Below, piece after piece: positions 40,801 to 56,482 of a stretch of DNA of 64,000 nt. The translations under genes and the position numbers were made by a program. Source of the DNA: the human T2T-CHM13v2.0 reference genome, Homo sapiens; NCBI RefSeq assembly GCF_009914755.1, contig NC_060925.1; one strand, 5' to 3'. The first letter of the stretch is position 1, and each line of letters opens with the position of its first letter. The notes beneath the pieces are model-generated. The model did no database searches, had not been told where the DNA came from, and saw only the letters and a list, made by a program, of their open reading frames with translations.

Positions 40801-43800
40801 TATGCTTTGAAATTCCTTTCAGATTAATTGCTTTTTAGTACGCAAGAATGAAGAAGTATTAATAGCAAATTCCAAAATTTTAAAACTCATGTATCAGATA
40901 CGTGGTATGTAAAAACTGGTAAGTATAGCAGTCATTCTATTCTAATGAAGATTAATTTAAATTACACATCAAAACTTGGTAGTTAAGGGGTAGAATGTAT
41001 ACAGAGTTGTTCTATATCTACCTCTCAAATCTGGCAATATGTTTTGGTAAAAGTATTAAACTTTATTGGAGTGAAATAAAATAATGTACTGAAATGTGTG
41101 CATTAATAAAAATCTGAGCACATGTTTGGTGAGTAACTATCCAGTATAAGACCCATAAAACAGACTTGAAAATAAATACAAACCCTGAACTAGCTCACAC
41201 GAAAGTTAATTCAACTACTATCTAATCCATAGATATACCCTTATAAAAGCACATGAGAGAGCATTACTTCTAAATCATTGGTACAAAACTGTTCTCTCCT
41301 AAAGAAATAAGTTAAAAGTAAAAAGGATTTAATTGTTACAAAATGTTAAGTGGCGAATAAAAAACACCAAGTCATAATAAATTGAAGTATTGTAGCATTT
41401 TTATCCAACTTGATTTCAAAATGCTCACCATTTCTACATCCTATTTATATCACTGAAATTCAGCCACCTTTCAAATGTTCAAACAGCATATTAATAAGGC
41501 TTCCTAGAACCAGGAAACTCTGACTACATCTATCTTGATAAACATACCCATCCTGCCCCATAAACACATCTTCAAAAGAAAGATAGCTGCGAATAAAATA
41601 GTCCTTTCCTGTGGGTGTCGGTTAACCCCACGAGCACGTGAACTTCCTATGGGCACACACCCAACATACATTAGCGATTAGGTGATTGAAAATGTTGCCC
41701 ACAAAGGCAAAATTTTATATATGATGACATCACCAGCTAACCTGGATTTCTCTGTGATATAATGATATAATTTCCTGGTTGAGTGTGTGCATCTTGAGAT
41801 AGAGAAAGAGAAAAGAGAGCGAGTATGTGTGTATGTATGTGTGTGTGTGAGGAGAGAGAGAGAGAAAGATGCTTAAAGAACAGCATCATCAGAAATGGTA
41901 TATAACCTTCTGCAAGGTTTGCAAGAATCTTTCGACAGACCTTTGACTTGTTCCAGATTTCATGCAGCATAAGTTCATTCAAACATGCATTCCCCACACA
42001 AACAAATTACATTATGTTTAGTTAGCACACTATTAGTTCCTAAAATATTCTGATAAGATCTGTTGAGATGAGATTTCTACACCAAATGAGGCATGTGCAT
42101 CTGTATGATGTGGTGCGGGAGTTGCAAAGTCCCTTGAGACCTGCCTTTGAATGGGTAAGACGTCTTGGTTTCAAAGGTAATGAAAGGGTTAAAAATTGAG
42201 GCTGTCTAGGGTAAGAGAAAGGGGATATTGTTGTCTTTAATCTTTCCGCAGTATGTGTAAGACTTCCATCCCGGATCTGCACATAGCAGTGGAATAGGCT
42301 CGGCATGCATTGCGTGCAAGCTCCTTGATTGTAGAAGGGGAAAAAAATCTGGCTGGAGTCCAGACAGGCTGGAGCTCTGTTGATCATTATGTCTAGCCTT
42401 CAGGTGTCTCAGCACACAGTGGGCGGCGGTGGGGGAGGTGTAGATAACATGAGAGCAGACAAAGAAAAAAAATGGTGTATTTTTATAAGATTATGTGAAA
42501 ATTTGTATTTATTTTCAAGCCCTCCTTAAGAAAATGAATCCTAACGTCTTGGACTTTTATAATTAGAACACAGGCTCTGCTCTGGCAGCTCTCTTTAAGC
42601 CATAATTAGTTATGTCTGGAGCCTTTGAATAATTCCTTTCAATAATTGATGGAGTTAATATTCTCTTTTAAAAATGAGGAGGACAATGTTTTTCACAAAC
42701 TCTTTTTGTTGGAGGCTTTGTCATTCAAAATCTTCATCAGTCATAATCACACTGGTGTGATTTGCCTTTTAATTTCTTATAAGACTTAGCTTATAACTTT
42801 TTAAGGATGTGGATAATTCTAAAAGTAAAGGCATAATGTATTGCTAGATTACTGTAGCTGAATATAAAAAGAAAGCAGTAATGCAGGAACATTCTATCCA
42901 TTTGTTTCCAATTATTTTATAAATTTAAAAACTGCATTGTATGTTGCTTCTGTTTGAACTCCATCAAAAAACCTCACTATGAATGTAAGGAACTTAGATG
43001 CTAATCATATCTTTTGCTTGCTAGAAAGAAGAAATGCCAAATTATTTTATTCTTCAAGCATTCTTCTATAAAGAAGCTTCCGCATGCTTCCTCCCCACCC
43101 CCACATCCTCACTCCACCCTATTAGGAATTTCAAAAAAAAAAAAAATCTTTATACATGGAAGGCTAGATCCTAAGACAGAAAGCTGTCTTTTCCTTCTGT
43201 CTTTACACTGGCCACTTTCAGTCGCCTTCACTTCTGCTGGGACTTTATTTCACATTGTGTGGACTACAACACCGAAACCAGTTCAGTCTCTATCCTTATT
43301 ATAAAATTAAAAGTGGTGGTTAAAAAAACATATAAAGCCCTGGCTTGAAGCCATTGTTCAGAATTTAAGAGCTATTTGCCCCCAAGTGTCTTTGCAGTCT
43401 TTCATAGCTAATTATAATAACTGTCAGATGTCTGGAAAGTCTATGGTGCCCTTGTCAGTGGAGTCAGCAAAGTTTGTCTTTTATTTTTCTTGGGGACAGA
43501 GCAAATCTGATTAGACATAAAGAGCAAAAAGAAGTGAACTAAGTACATATGCGTGTGCCTTCATTTTTTCTTATGAACAAAGCAGCACACTAGAGCGATG
43601 TTCCAGCGCACAGCCTCCTACAGCTACTCTTTGGAATGCCTGACTTTTATTTTTAATTCTTTATCCTCAACAGAATAAAGTATGCAACAATTGTCCCTGG
43701 AATATTTTCCTGCCAGCTGAATAACCTTCAATATACACATGAAAGAGTACCCTTAAGAAATCTTCAAATATTGGATGTTTATGACATAAAACTATTTTAA

Positions 43801-43834
43801 TCAGTACACTTGACGGAAAGAAAGGTATACTTAC

Positions 43835-44080
43835 AATTTCAAAACGGTTATTTGCTCTAGTTTCTTGTCCCCGGAGGCAGAGCAGAGGCTTTTGCCAGAC
43901 TGTCCATGATGCAGGTGCAGAATCCCTGTTTTCATGCCGGAGAGGAAGGTAGAAAGTGCTTCATAAAGTCACTCGGAACTCAGCCACTTGTGCTCAGACA
44001 TCCCTTGCTCCTGTGGAAGCTGTACTATCTGCAGTTCTGAATTGAACTAAATTACAGCCCATGTGAAAGACAGGGGCAGT
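43835..44080 (-). ncRNA. MIR181A1HG: Exon 1 of the minus-strand lncRNA (5' end approximate)
   Basis: Plus-strand tacttac at 43828-43834 = GTAAGTA donor; locally CpG-retaining, TE-free sequence directly downstream of the CCAAT boxes. Confidence 0.65.
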
Positions 44081-44160
44081 GAGTCATGTGAGAGATACAG
44101 AGCTATCCTATTGGCCACAAAGACATAGCTTAGGCATTCTGCCTTTTCCACCATTGGTGA
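44070..44160 (-). promoter_or_regulatory. Proximal promoter: AP-1 site overlapping an M-box/E-box, plus two CCAAT boxes
   Basis: TGAGTCA 44080-44086 overlapping GTCATGTGA; ATTGG (CCAAT on minus) at 44110-44114 and 44153-44157; no obvious TATA box. Confidence 0.55.
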
Positions 44161-45069
44161 ATAGTTAAAACTGAAAGCATCTAGATCCTCCTCTTGAGCT
44201 TATTTGTCCTCTATGTGTGGAAGAATGACTGTAGGATTTTACAGTGACAGAATTAGTTAAGAAAGGGACTGAAGTCATCCTTCACAGAGACTGGTGGGAG
44301 GTGATTGGAAGCTCAGCTTTTTTAAGATTTCTTTTTTCTTTTTATCCCCCTGCCCTGCAGTTTTGTCTATAATTTGCCTGTTTGCCTGTCAGAAAAAATG
44401 TTTTTTGTATTTTTTTCTCCCTTCAGTTAACCTTGGAAGTGACAGAAAGTAAATTATCATCATATTCCTTTGCAGAACTGTCATGTTTTGAAGCACAAAA
44501 TCAATTATTTTCAATGACGCATTTTCAAATTTTATTTTTACATTTACAGAGACTTTATTGTAGTTCTAAACTAATAAACTAAATTGTCCATTAGTGACAC
44601 CAACAACAGAATTAACTTTTGAGTAATTATTACATTTTGGAGAAAGGAGGGCTAGAAATAACTCTGGGAAATAATAAAAGGCAACAATATCAAAACAAAT
44701 CAAATAAGGGGCTTTAACTAAGAAGGGATAAAGAAGAAATATATTTCTCCATCAAAGTCACTCTTTAATTTACCACTTTAGGTAAGGCAGAATGTCCAGA
44801 AACTGCCAGTCAGAAGGTATTTTTAGTTTTGCTAGGATTCTTTAATTCACCCAATTCCTTAAAAATACTTAAATGTGTTTGTAAAGATTTAGAGGCTGTA
44901 AACTACCTTAGAAGTCATCAAGTCTCACATTCCCTATGTTAAAGGTGAGGAATGTAGCCTCTGACAGTAGTGACTCTCTTCATAACACTGATCCACCGTG
45001 TTATGCAAAATAAATGAAGGAAACATTGAAATAAATACTAGTTTGCTCTGTCTTACGTACCTACTAAGA

Positions 45070-45470
45070 GCCAGTTACCTTCTCATTTAATTCAATAATT
45101 GTACAACCCATAGAATAAGTTTGACTACTTTCATTTCTCCTCGGCAAAAACAGACTCAAATGTTTTACTACCATGGTAGTGCCTGGATTTGAACCCAAGT
45201 GGCTGATTCCATACCTACTTTTTCCAACTAGGTATGTGTCCTTCCAAATAATGATGGTTGTCACTTATAGGTTCCTTCCTACTGTATGGCAAGTAATGTG
45301 CAAAACCCTTTAGAGCCCCTCATTCAGTTCTCACAACTGTTAATGAGTCAATTATTCTATTTTGCTGATTTCATTGATGAGGAAATGAGGTGTATACTAC
45401 TCAGTATTATGTAGATGGTAGCTGGTAGCATGTGATTCAAATCAGCTCTGATCTGTTTTACACACTATAT
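45070..45470 (-). mobile_element. MIR fragments
   Basis: ctcatttaattc...ggtagtgcctggatttgaacccaag; gatgaggaaatgagg. Confidence 0.55.
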
Positions 45471-46828
45471 GGATTCTCATCACAGTGTTAAATAAGACTT
45501 GATTTTTCCATTTTTTTTTTCTTGTCTAATATATTAGAATATTTTGGCATAAATATGGAATATTAACTGTGGTCATGTCATTATCTGGGTCTGTTTGGTT
45601 CAGACCCAGATCATACCATTAAGTGATCCATAGGGGACTGGAAATAAGCATCAGAGGAGCAGTCATGGAACCATATTTATCTTGGGGCCCTACAAGCAGC
45701 CTCACACAGGGTCTTGCAATCATAGGAGCTTCCACATCAGTTGAAGGGGCACATGTTCTCAGAACATCAGCCTGGGTATTAATGAGTCCTACTGCTGGTT
45801 CAAAATCTGAAACCCACTGTTTAGCAGAATAAGTACCAGATCATTTCAAAAATAGTGTCAAAAATTCCATTTCAGCCAGATATCAAGAGCCACCAAGGAG
45901 TTTCCTGAATTGTAACCCTCCTGCAGCAGCTGTAATCATACAAATGGGAAATTTGCATTGGCTCCCGCAACCCTTGTGGGGTTTGTTTGTAGATGGGAGG
46001 TGATTACTGAAGTGCAACAGCATCTTCACCTGCACTTTCTAAAGCACACATTGCTGTTGCTCAGAGTATCATATAGGACAGGTTAGGCAGGTCCCAGATA
46101 GCATCGGAAGAGAGTTTTTAGTCCTCTTCTGTTTTGAATACTTTTGCTTCTTTCCATAAGTGCTGCTTACTTTCCTGGATCCACAATCCAATCACCTACC
46201 TCATGCTGTCCCGAACCCTTCCAGGTCAGCCCTCTCATATAGTGAGCATGTGATAACATTATGTTCTCCTTATCTTCATCAAATAAGCTTCTCTATTATA
46301 TCACAAATATTTCAAAGACTGAGCTGTATCTTGTTACATTTTAATCCTGCATAATGCCCATCACAGTAGAGATGAGATAAATATTTGATTTTCTTTTTTT
46401 TGGCCTTCAGTGACCTATTCACTGGTACACAACAGATCAGAAATAAATCTGGTGAGGTAATGCGAACATATTTTTTAAAAACTTAGCACTTTAAAATATA
46501 GTCTAAAAAAGTGAATCAGACACTGGAGAACAAGTAGGAAAATTATTATGAGACCACAGAGTCTCCCTAATATTGGTCTAAATCAATCACATACAACACT
46601 TATACTAACTAAACTGATGGTCATGGTATTAGCACACACTTAACCTCAGTCCTCTCTGCTGTCATCTACCAACTTCTCCTTCATTCCTCTCATTTACTGT
46701 TTTGCGGATTTCCTTTTTGTCTAGTCCTGCTTTAGTTCGGTGTTCACAAGGGCAATCTATTCAACACTCTAATGTCTCAGTTCAGCAACTTCCTCAATTT
46801 TGATGAGGTTCACCGCCACTCCCCATGA

Positions 46829-47192
<364 letters not shown>

Positions 47193-47458
47193 TAATCACC
47201 ATCTTCAATGTTTCCAACTCTTTATCACTATGCTTTGTTTTTCAGCTTCTCTGATACCTTCAATCCTTTGGTGTCTACATTTTCTCCTTATCTATTACCC
47301 CCTTCATTCCTTTTCTCCTCTTTCCTTTCATACTTCATTTTCTCTTAGAGTTCATGATTCATGATTTCATACAGTGTCCTGAACTTTCTTGCCCTGTTTT
47401 TCTTCTGATGGCCTCCTCCTCCCAAGGAAACCAGATTTTGAATCAATCCAACTGTTAA

Positions 47459-47769
<311 letters not shown>

Positions 47770-47779
47770 TAAACTTTTC

Positions 47780-49620
47780 TAAGCTATTCTGGGCTTTCTA
47801 AGAGCTGCTGGAGAAAAGTCTCTTAAGCCTAGAAAGGATGTTACTATAGGCCAATAGTCTCCAGATTTGACCAGTTACTCAGTGCTATATTAAAAATCTA
47901 TGTTTCCCCAATCAGCTCTTTTTATCATTTTCCACAATGCTATCCAATCTTTTCTCCACCACCTCTACTCTGCATTCTCACCAGATTGTGTTGCCTTCTT
48001 AGTCTCAGGAGAACCAATGAACTTGCCATATGTAGATTCAACTTTTTCTTATTTATTCTCATCACAATGGAAAAGTTGTTTTTCAACCTTTTCAAGGCAG
48101 ATCACTCACTGTGTACATGGATATCAATCTCTTCTACCTACTTGGAAATTTTTTCTTAGATGTTTTTATCTTTCTCAAATTGTCAACATGTCCCTGCCTA
48201 CTAAACTCATTGATATTAGCATTTAAAAAATGCTGTTTTTTTCTTTAATATTTAAAAATCTCCTCCATAGATACCAGGTCCTGCTTCCTGTCTTCTACCC
48301 TTCCTGGGTAAATCTCTTCAAAGATTTAGTGATACTCACTATTACTGCTTCATTTCCTTTTGTTTCTCTACTTAATCAATCTGGCTTCTGTCCTCATCAT
48401 ACTGATTTTTGAGAAATACCTCTGTGCTACTAAAACCTATGAACAATTTTCAGTCTTTGGCTTCTCTAAAATGTTTGTGGACATTTGGGTTGGGGCACGT
48501 ATACACCATGGAATACTATGCAGCCATATAAAAGGATGAGTTCATGTCCTTTGTAGGGACATGGATGAAGCTGGAAACCATCATTCTGAGCAAACTATCA
48601 CAAGGACAGAAAACCAAACACCGCATGTTCTCACTCATAGTTGGGAATTGAACAACGAGAACACTTGGACACAGCGCAGGGAACATCACACACTGGGGCC
48701 TGTTGCGGGGTAGGGAGATGGGAGAGGGATAGCATTGGGAGGAATACCTAGTGTAAATGATGAATTAATGGGTGCAGTAAACAAACATGGCACATGTATA
48801 CATATGTAACAAACCTGCACGTTGTGCACATGTACCCTAGAACTTAAAGTATACATAAAAAAAATGTTTGTGCAGTTGGCCACTCTGTTTCCTAAGGTGT
48901 TCTCCTTCAGCCTCATGTGTTCTGGCTTTTGTCACATCTTCCCTATGTTTCCTGTGTTTCCTCCTCTTGCCTCTTGAATATTTGTATTTTTCAGAATCTC
49001 CCGTAGACCATATTCTCTTCTCACTCCACAAGACTCTCTTTCAGTCATCTCATTCACCTACACAGTTTCATTTGCAATTCTGTACTAATGATTTCCACAT
49101 TTCTATCTGCAGACCAGAACTTTCTCTCGAGCACCAGAGCTGTAGATCCCACTGCACCTTCCCTTGGATGGCTCACTGATATCTCAAAGCCAATACGTCC
49201 AACACGGAAGTCATCATCTCATCTTAAAATTGTGTAACTTTTATTGTTTCTTATCTCAGCGAATAGTACCACTATCCACCAGGGGCCAAAGACAGAAAAC
49301 AAGAGGCTAATATTTATCTCTTCCTTTCCTTTACATAGGCTTTCATATCCAGCTAATCAGCATGCACCATAGATCTCTTGCATCTGTTCACTTTGCAGCA
49401 TCTCATTCATAGTAGGCATGCTTCAGTATGCATAATAGTTAACATTAGGTGTCCCTTTTGTCTCCAGTCTTGCTTAACTCCACTTCAGCATCCCTGTGAC
49501 TGCAACAACCCTTTCTCAAACTTGCAGCCAAATGGATCTTTTAAAAAGGCAACCTGATTCTTTTACTCCTCAGCTTAATACTTTTTAGTGGTCCCATTAC
49601 TTCTAAGGCAAACTGTGAAT
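47780..49620 (+). mobile_element. Degraded L2 (ORF2/3' region) interrupted by L1PA
   Basis: caatctggcttctgtcctcatcat, tctatctgcagaccagaactttctctcgagcaccag, atatctcaaa, accactatccacc; boundaries approximate. Confidence 0.6.
48480..48860 (+). mobile_element. 5'-truncated L1PA (PA5/6-like) 3' end with tiny 5' inversion
   Basis: atacaccatggaatactatgcagccat...gtaacaaacctgcacgttgtgcacatgtaccctagaacttaaagtat; TSD aaaatgtttgtg at 48468-48479 and 48861-48872. Confidence 0.96.
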
Positions 49621-50129
49621 GTCCCTGAGGAGGCTGCTTTTGTAAGCTCCAGTGTTTTATTAAAGTAAATGCATGGAAATGTTTAATGTATGAATAACAT
49701 TATAATTTACTTAGTTAAGTCTCTTAAACTTGCCCTCAAACCTTTTAAAATCTTCAAGTGAAACTGAGGCATCAGCAGTGAACAATATTTGTCCAGTGGC
49801 ATGAAGAATTCCTAAGGGAACTAACGTTCTAGTCTTAGAATATGAAGACAGAGTAGATTCAATATCTTTCTTCTTCAAGAGGATTGAAAGCCCACTCTCA
49901 GCAACAGAGAGACCTGTTTTCTCTTCCCCCAGATGAATCTTCTGTCTTTAAACTCTAGAGGAGTTCTAGGAAATCTTACATGTTTTTATATTGCCTCTTT
50001 CCTTTCCAGGGGTCCGTGAAAGTGAGGGCATCCCAAACATACAATGCAATAATAGAAATTATAAGGTGGGTTAGGTCAGATGGCTTTCTAATTTTCTTGA
50101 GTTTCCCTCTTTTCTTTCACCACTCTTCA

Positions 50130-50996
50130 TTCTTCATTATTTCGTAACTCAGTTAATAGCAGCCCAACAATTGGTCAGTCTGAAACCTGCCTATCTTTCT
50201 TAATTCCCTTCTTTCTCCTCTGCATGCCCACAGATAAGTGAATATTGTGGGGCTTACCTTTAAAATAGACTTGAAATGCAATTACCTCTCACCATGTCTT
50301 TTGCTGCTGTGCACACTGAAACCACTATTATCTCCCACATGCATTACTGCAATCATCTTCATCTGGACTCTTCTTCCACACATGCACTCACTCCCACCAC
50401 AATATGTTCTCCAACAGCAGCTAGCTTTTAAAACATAAAATATATTATGTCCTTTTCTTGCTTAGAATTCTCCAGTTGCTTCCCACTACATCTACATTAA
50501 TCACCCGATTCATTGCTATGACCTATAAGACATAACATCATCCTGTCATAATCCATACCTCACACTCTGATCTCATCTTTTGCCCACCCCTCTCTCATTG
50601 CACTGCCATCACACTGGCCTTAGTTTCAGACATTCTGCAAGCTGTTTGATTAGCTGTTCTCTCTGCTGTCAATGTGCTTCCCCTTGATCTTCATCTGCTG
50701 GCTCCTCCTCATCATCTGTATTTTTCTTCAAATGTCACTGCTCAGAGAAACGATTTTTTTTTTGGAATGATCCCTACACATCTACCTATCTAACTTTTTG
50801 TCTTGTTTTGTTTTGCATAGCAATTATTATCAGAAAATGTCTTAGTAGTTCATTTACTTGTCTACTATCTCTCCTTCCCCATCTAAATATGAGTCTTACG
50901 AGAGAATACTGGTCATCATTATTTTTTCTCAAGTGCTTAGAACTTTTCATTGCATATAATAAGCAATCAGGTCTTTGTTAAATGAATGAATGAATG
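50130..50996 (+). mobile_element. L2a 3' end
   Basis: ccacccctctctcattgcactgccatcacactggcct, caaatgtcactgctcagagaa, terminal (aatg)n. Confidence 0.8.
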
Positions 50997-51239
50997 CTTA
51001 AATAATTATAAAAATTATAAGATAATTCAAGTAGTATATTTGAGGGGAAAAATCACCTGTCACAATAAAATTAATGTAGTTCTATATATTAAAAAAATAA
51101 AGAAACACTATTGCATTATCACTGAAGGCTAAAACCCAATATACAAGTTAACAAAAAATATATTGATGTTGAATGTTCAGAGAACTATCTAACATTCTAA
51201 TTTTGACTAAAATTTTTTTGTTTGCAGTAAAACAATTGA

Positions 51240-51555
<316 letters not shown>

Positions 51556-51969
51556 CTGAGCTCAAAAATTCTAAATACACTTTATAATGGCCATTAAGTA
51601 TATTCAGTTGTAAATAAATTGATTGAGAAAATGAAATTGAGTAAAGTACTCAAAATGTAGTAGTCATGAAAATAAAAATAATACCAACAATTTAATTTAT
51701 GAGTATGTTTCCCTCACTCTTTCAAAATTGTATCTATGTGCTCTTGAAAAATTGTTCAAGGCCAAACAGAGTGAAGAGAAGTATATCTATGTTGTTGCCC
51801 TGTAAAAATATTTCTGTCTACATTAAAATGGTCAATTTCTATGTTCAACTTTCTGAAGAAAAACCTACTGAAAAATGAATGTTATTGATGGCAGAATTGG
51901 ACATCCTAAACTACATGTTATTAAATAAACCCAAATACATACCACTTTATAAATCCTACAGTGTCTTTA

Positions 51970-52338
<369 letters not shown>

Positions 52339-52349
52339 TTATATTAATA

Positions 52350-52520
52350 TAGCGCTTGATACATCTCAAAGCTCTTTAACTCCCACTGTTACCTATATTC
52401 ACAATAACACTATGAGGAATGTGGTACTAGTATTTTTATCTCCTTAATATAAAGAGAGAAACTGAGATCTGGAAAATAATATGATTGTTGGTAAGTCACA
52501 ATGCAGCATAGGAACAGCAC
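52350..52520 (-). mobile_element. MIR fragment
   Basis: attcacaataacactatgagg...ggtactagtatttttatctcc...gagaaactgagatct...taagtcaca. Confidence 0.65.
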
Positions 52521-53092
52521 CATGTCTCATGATGACTATGAAATTATTCCGTATCTTGGACATGCAAATAAATTATTGGATTATGTTAAGATTTCTAATT
52601 TGACCTCAAACTTGCATACTAAAGGGGAGAATGATTGTAGAAATAGCTACTTTTCACAGGTATGCATAAAACCTTTAGTTATATAGTTCTTGCTAGTAAT
52701 TTTGCCCAGTTTTTTGGGTGGTCTGGGCCTTGGGTGGGAAAATTGGGATCTGATGAAACGAGAGTTATCTGAGCAGGACGTTTCTTAACCGTTCCGAATT
52801 TACAATGAGTACATATTGGAATATGTGGACAGATCATAGGGAGTTGAAGTAAACAAGCTAAAAAAGGCTGCCTCTTATTTTGCATTGAACTCTGTAAGAG
52901 ATGACATTTTCTGTGAACTTAGATTTTTTACCTTTAAGTGGCTGTAAGGTGTTTGATTTTTCTTGGTCTATTATCCTTTCTTAAGAGTGATGGCCAGATT
53001 TCTTATGAGTACATAAAAGCCTTCAGACACAGTGAATTTCTCAAATACATATATCATTCATGTAGAACAAATTTGAAAACTCATTATTTTGG

Positions 53093-53227
53093 TTTTTTCT
53101 TTTCCTTTTTTTTTTAAGATTGGGTCTTTCTGCGTTGCCCAGGCTGGTCTCAAACTCCTGAATTCAAGTGATCTTTGCTCAGCCTCTTGAGTAGCTGAGA
53201 CAACAGGTGCATGTCACTGCACTTGGC
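53093..53227 (-). mobile_element. FLAM (free left Alu monomer)
   Basis: Poly-T then gttgcccaggctggtctcaaactcctg...gtagctgagacaacaggtgcatgtcactgcacttggc. Confidence 0.85.
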
Positions 53228-53554
53228 ATGGTTTTCCATTTTTCATGTGGCTGCTTTGACTTCATGTGGAAAAGAGAAGATAGGCAATCTCCCAATTTCC
53301 AGTGCCTAGGCTGACAAAACTCAAAGTATATTTTCGTTGTCTTCTAATCACAGGGAAAGAGTTATATAGACAGAATGCAGCCTGTGAATAGATACTCTAT
53401 ATTTTAGAATTAAATTGAGCAAAACAAAGTGTCATTATTGCCTAGTCTCAGATTAAAACCACAAAATTATATAAAAGAACAATGTTTTTATTAGAGTTTA
53501 AATTTCACTTATCAATACACCATTTGAGCATTTACGTCTAGATAACCAAACAGG

Positions 53555-53717
53555 AATGCTTCTCCAAAATTAACATGCACATGAAGTACTTGGAACCTTG
53601 TTAAAATACAGATTCTGATTCTGTAGGTCTGAAGCACTGTCTTCAATTCTGCATATCTAACAATCTCCTGGGAGATGCTGAATCTGCTGCTCTGCTGAGT
53701 ACACTCATTAGCAAGGC
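53555..53717. mobile_element. MER5B-like MITE
   Basis: cttgttaaaatacagattctgattctgtaggtctg...attctgcatatctaacaatctcctgggagatgctga. Confidence 0.8.
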
Positions 53718-55606
53718 ACTAGGAACCATTTAGAAATCTTAGGGCATAATATCAGAGGCTAACTACTTAAAGGTAACTTAATAACGATCTCCAACAGGAG
53801 AGTTTCTCCCACCACACTCTTTCCCTTTTTCTTTTTATCCTCTGTGTCAATTCTTGTCCTCACCCTCCAACTTTATCATACCTTGCTATCACTTGACCAT
53901 ACATGACAACTTCAGGCCACAGCTATTCTTATGTCATCATCAGCCACATACTAGCAAAACAGAATTTATAAAAATCTAATTGAACCACTCCATAACTCCT
54001 AACGAAAGTTCTACTTTCTGCTATCTCATTTATCTATCCAAGGTGTTACATTTGTCTTTCATCCACAACTTTATTTCTGGTATGCTTTCACTTAGCTCTT
54101 GAATGATCAAGAGCTCAAAAACATAATAGCCAACTTTGGCTTTGTTTTTGTTTGTTTTTTTGCTATGTTTTTACACAAAAATAAATTTCAAAATAAGCTC
54201 CTGCTTTTCTGAAATGTTTGCTCAGTGCTCTGCTAGACTGGTTTTGTAATGTGGTTCTACTGGACAGCACCAGTATGAATAAGTATATTTACCCATTTGG
54301 GTATCCAGTGGTGAATGTTTTCCTATTCAACTAACCAGTCGTAAAAATTTTAGGCAATGTGACTACTTGGTGAAGAAATGTTTGATAAAAGGTGAGATTC
54401 TTATATGACCCTCAAATAACACCACTGAATGCCTATCTACTTCATTTTTGTGTTAGTATTTATGTTTCATCTGATAGCACACATGATTCAATTAAGCCGT
54501 TTTAGCCTCGTTTATATTAACTAAGTATGTATGTGGTTGTGACACAGTGGAATTCAAGGCTGAAGTGCATTTAACACTATTTGGGGAGTGTATGTATTTA
54601 TGGAAACTTCTGCTGAACCTTCTGTTGGTGTTCCTTGGGTTTTCTTTTTACAAAGGTTTATTTTCTGTTATTTCTTTTCAAAAATATTCCTCAGGCCATG
54701 ATAATGACTACTTTGATACTTTATTTAATGAAAGAAAGTATCTAATGGTCAATTAATTTTATGAAATTATCCCATTGACCCTGGAAAAATAAAATAGAGG
54801 CAAAGTCACAATAAATAACAGTTTATTTCATAACTCTAGCTTCCTAATGTAGGTGAATACATGGCTTTCGAAGACACACCAAATTATCTATTAATGACTT
54901 CAATTATGAAAATTGTTAGGCCTACCAGACATCATATTACTTTTGAGTTGTATCTATATATTCAATTCCAACTCTACTTCCAACTCTTGGGTGGTCTAAA
55001 ATTGAGATAATTAATTAAACCCTTTGAAAAGCATCTGCCATCCACATTTTATCTTGGATGAAAGAAATTATTTCATGTTTTACTTAAGGAAAGTTAATAC
55101 CCAAAGGCTGCACATTAGCACTGTCTTGAATTAGAACTTGCCAAATCTGAAAATTGGCTACTCACATGCAATCTTCTTCAATAACTTATGAAAATTTAAA
55201 TTAAATTGGATTAATAATTTAAGTAGAAAGTTCTACAAGGAAGGCTTAAAATTTTAAAGTTTTAGAATAAGCAGAGAAAATATCAGATAGAAAATGTGTT
55301 GCTGGATGTGCAATTTTAATGATTGTCTTAAAAGACATTAAAAGCAGAGAAAAAAAGTCCTTCATAGGAACTTGCCTTAGACTAATGTACTATATCTAAA
55401 GAGGGCAATAAAATCATTGGAAGAAAGATTGGCAGGTAAATAAAATTATACCTGTCACCTGGACAAATTGTTTTCTCCACTTTTACAAATCTGAGACAAT
55501 TTTTGCTTAAAAGGAATAGGGGTTTGGGGGCTGGGGAGGGGAACAGTAACATCAGTTGGCTGCTTTAACAGATGATCGTTATGTTAAAAATTTCCAATTT
55601 AGAGTA

Positions 55607-56482
<876 letters not shown>

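Noticed and set aside
42040-42415. 115-aa minus-strand ORF (MINRAPACL...) in intron 1
   Set aside because: No homology I recognise and no supporting splice structure; better explained as regulatory sequence
52745-52790. CTGATGA...CTGA with a gaaacg/cgtttc stem, resembling a hammerhead core or C/D snoRNA boxes
   Set aside because: No stem II followed by GAAA in hammerhead order; C and D boxes too close for a snoRNA. Similar motifs at ~4133 and ~30296 fail likewise.
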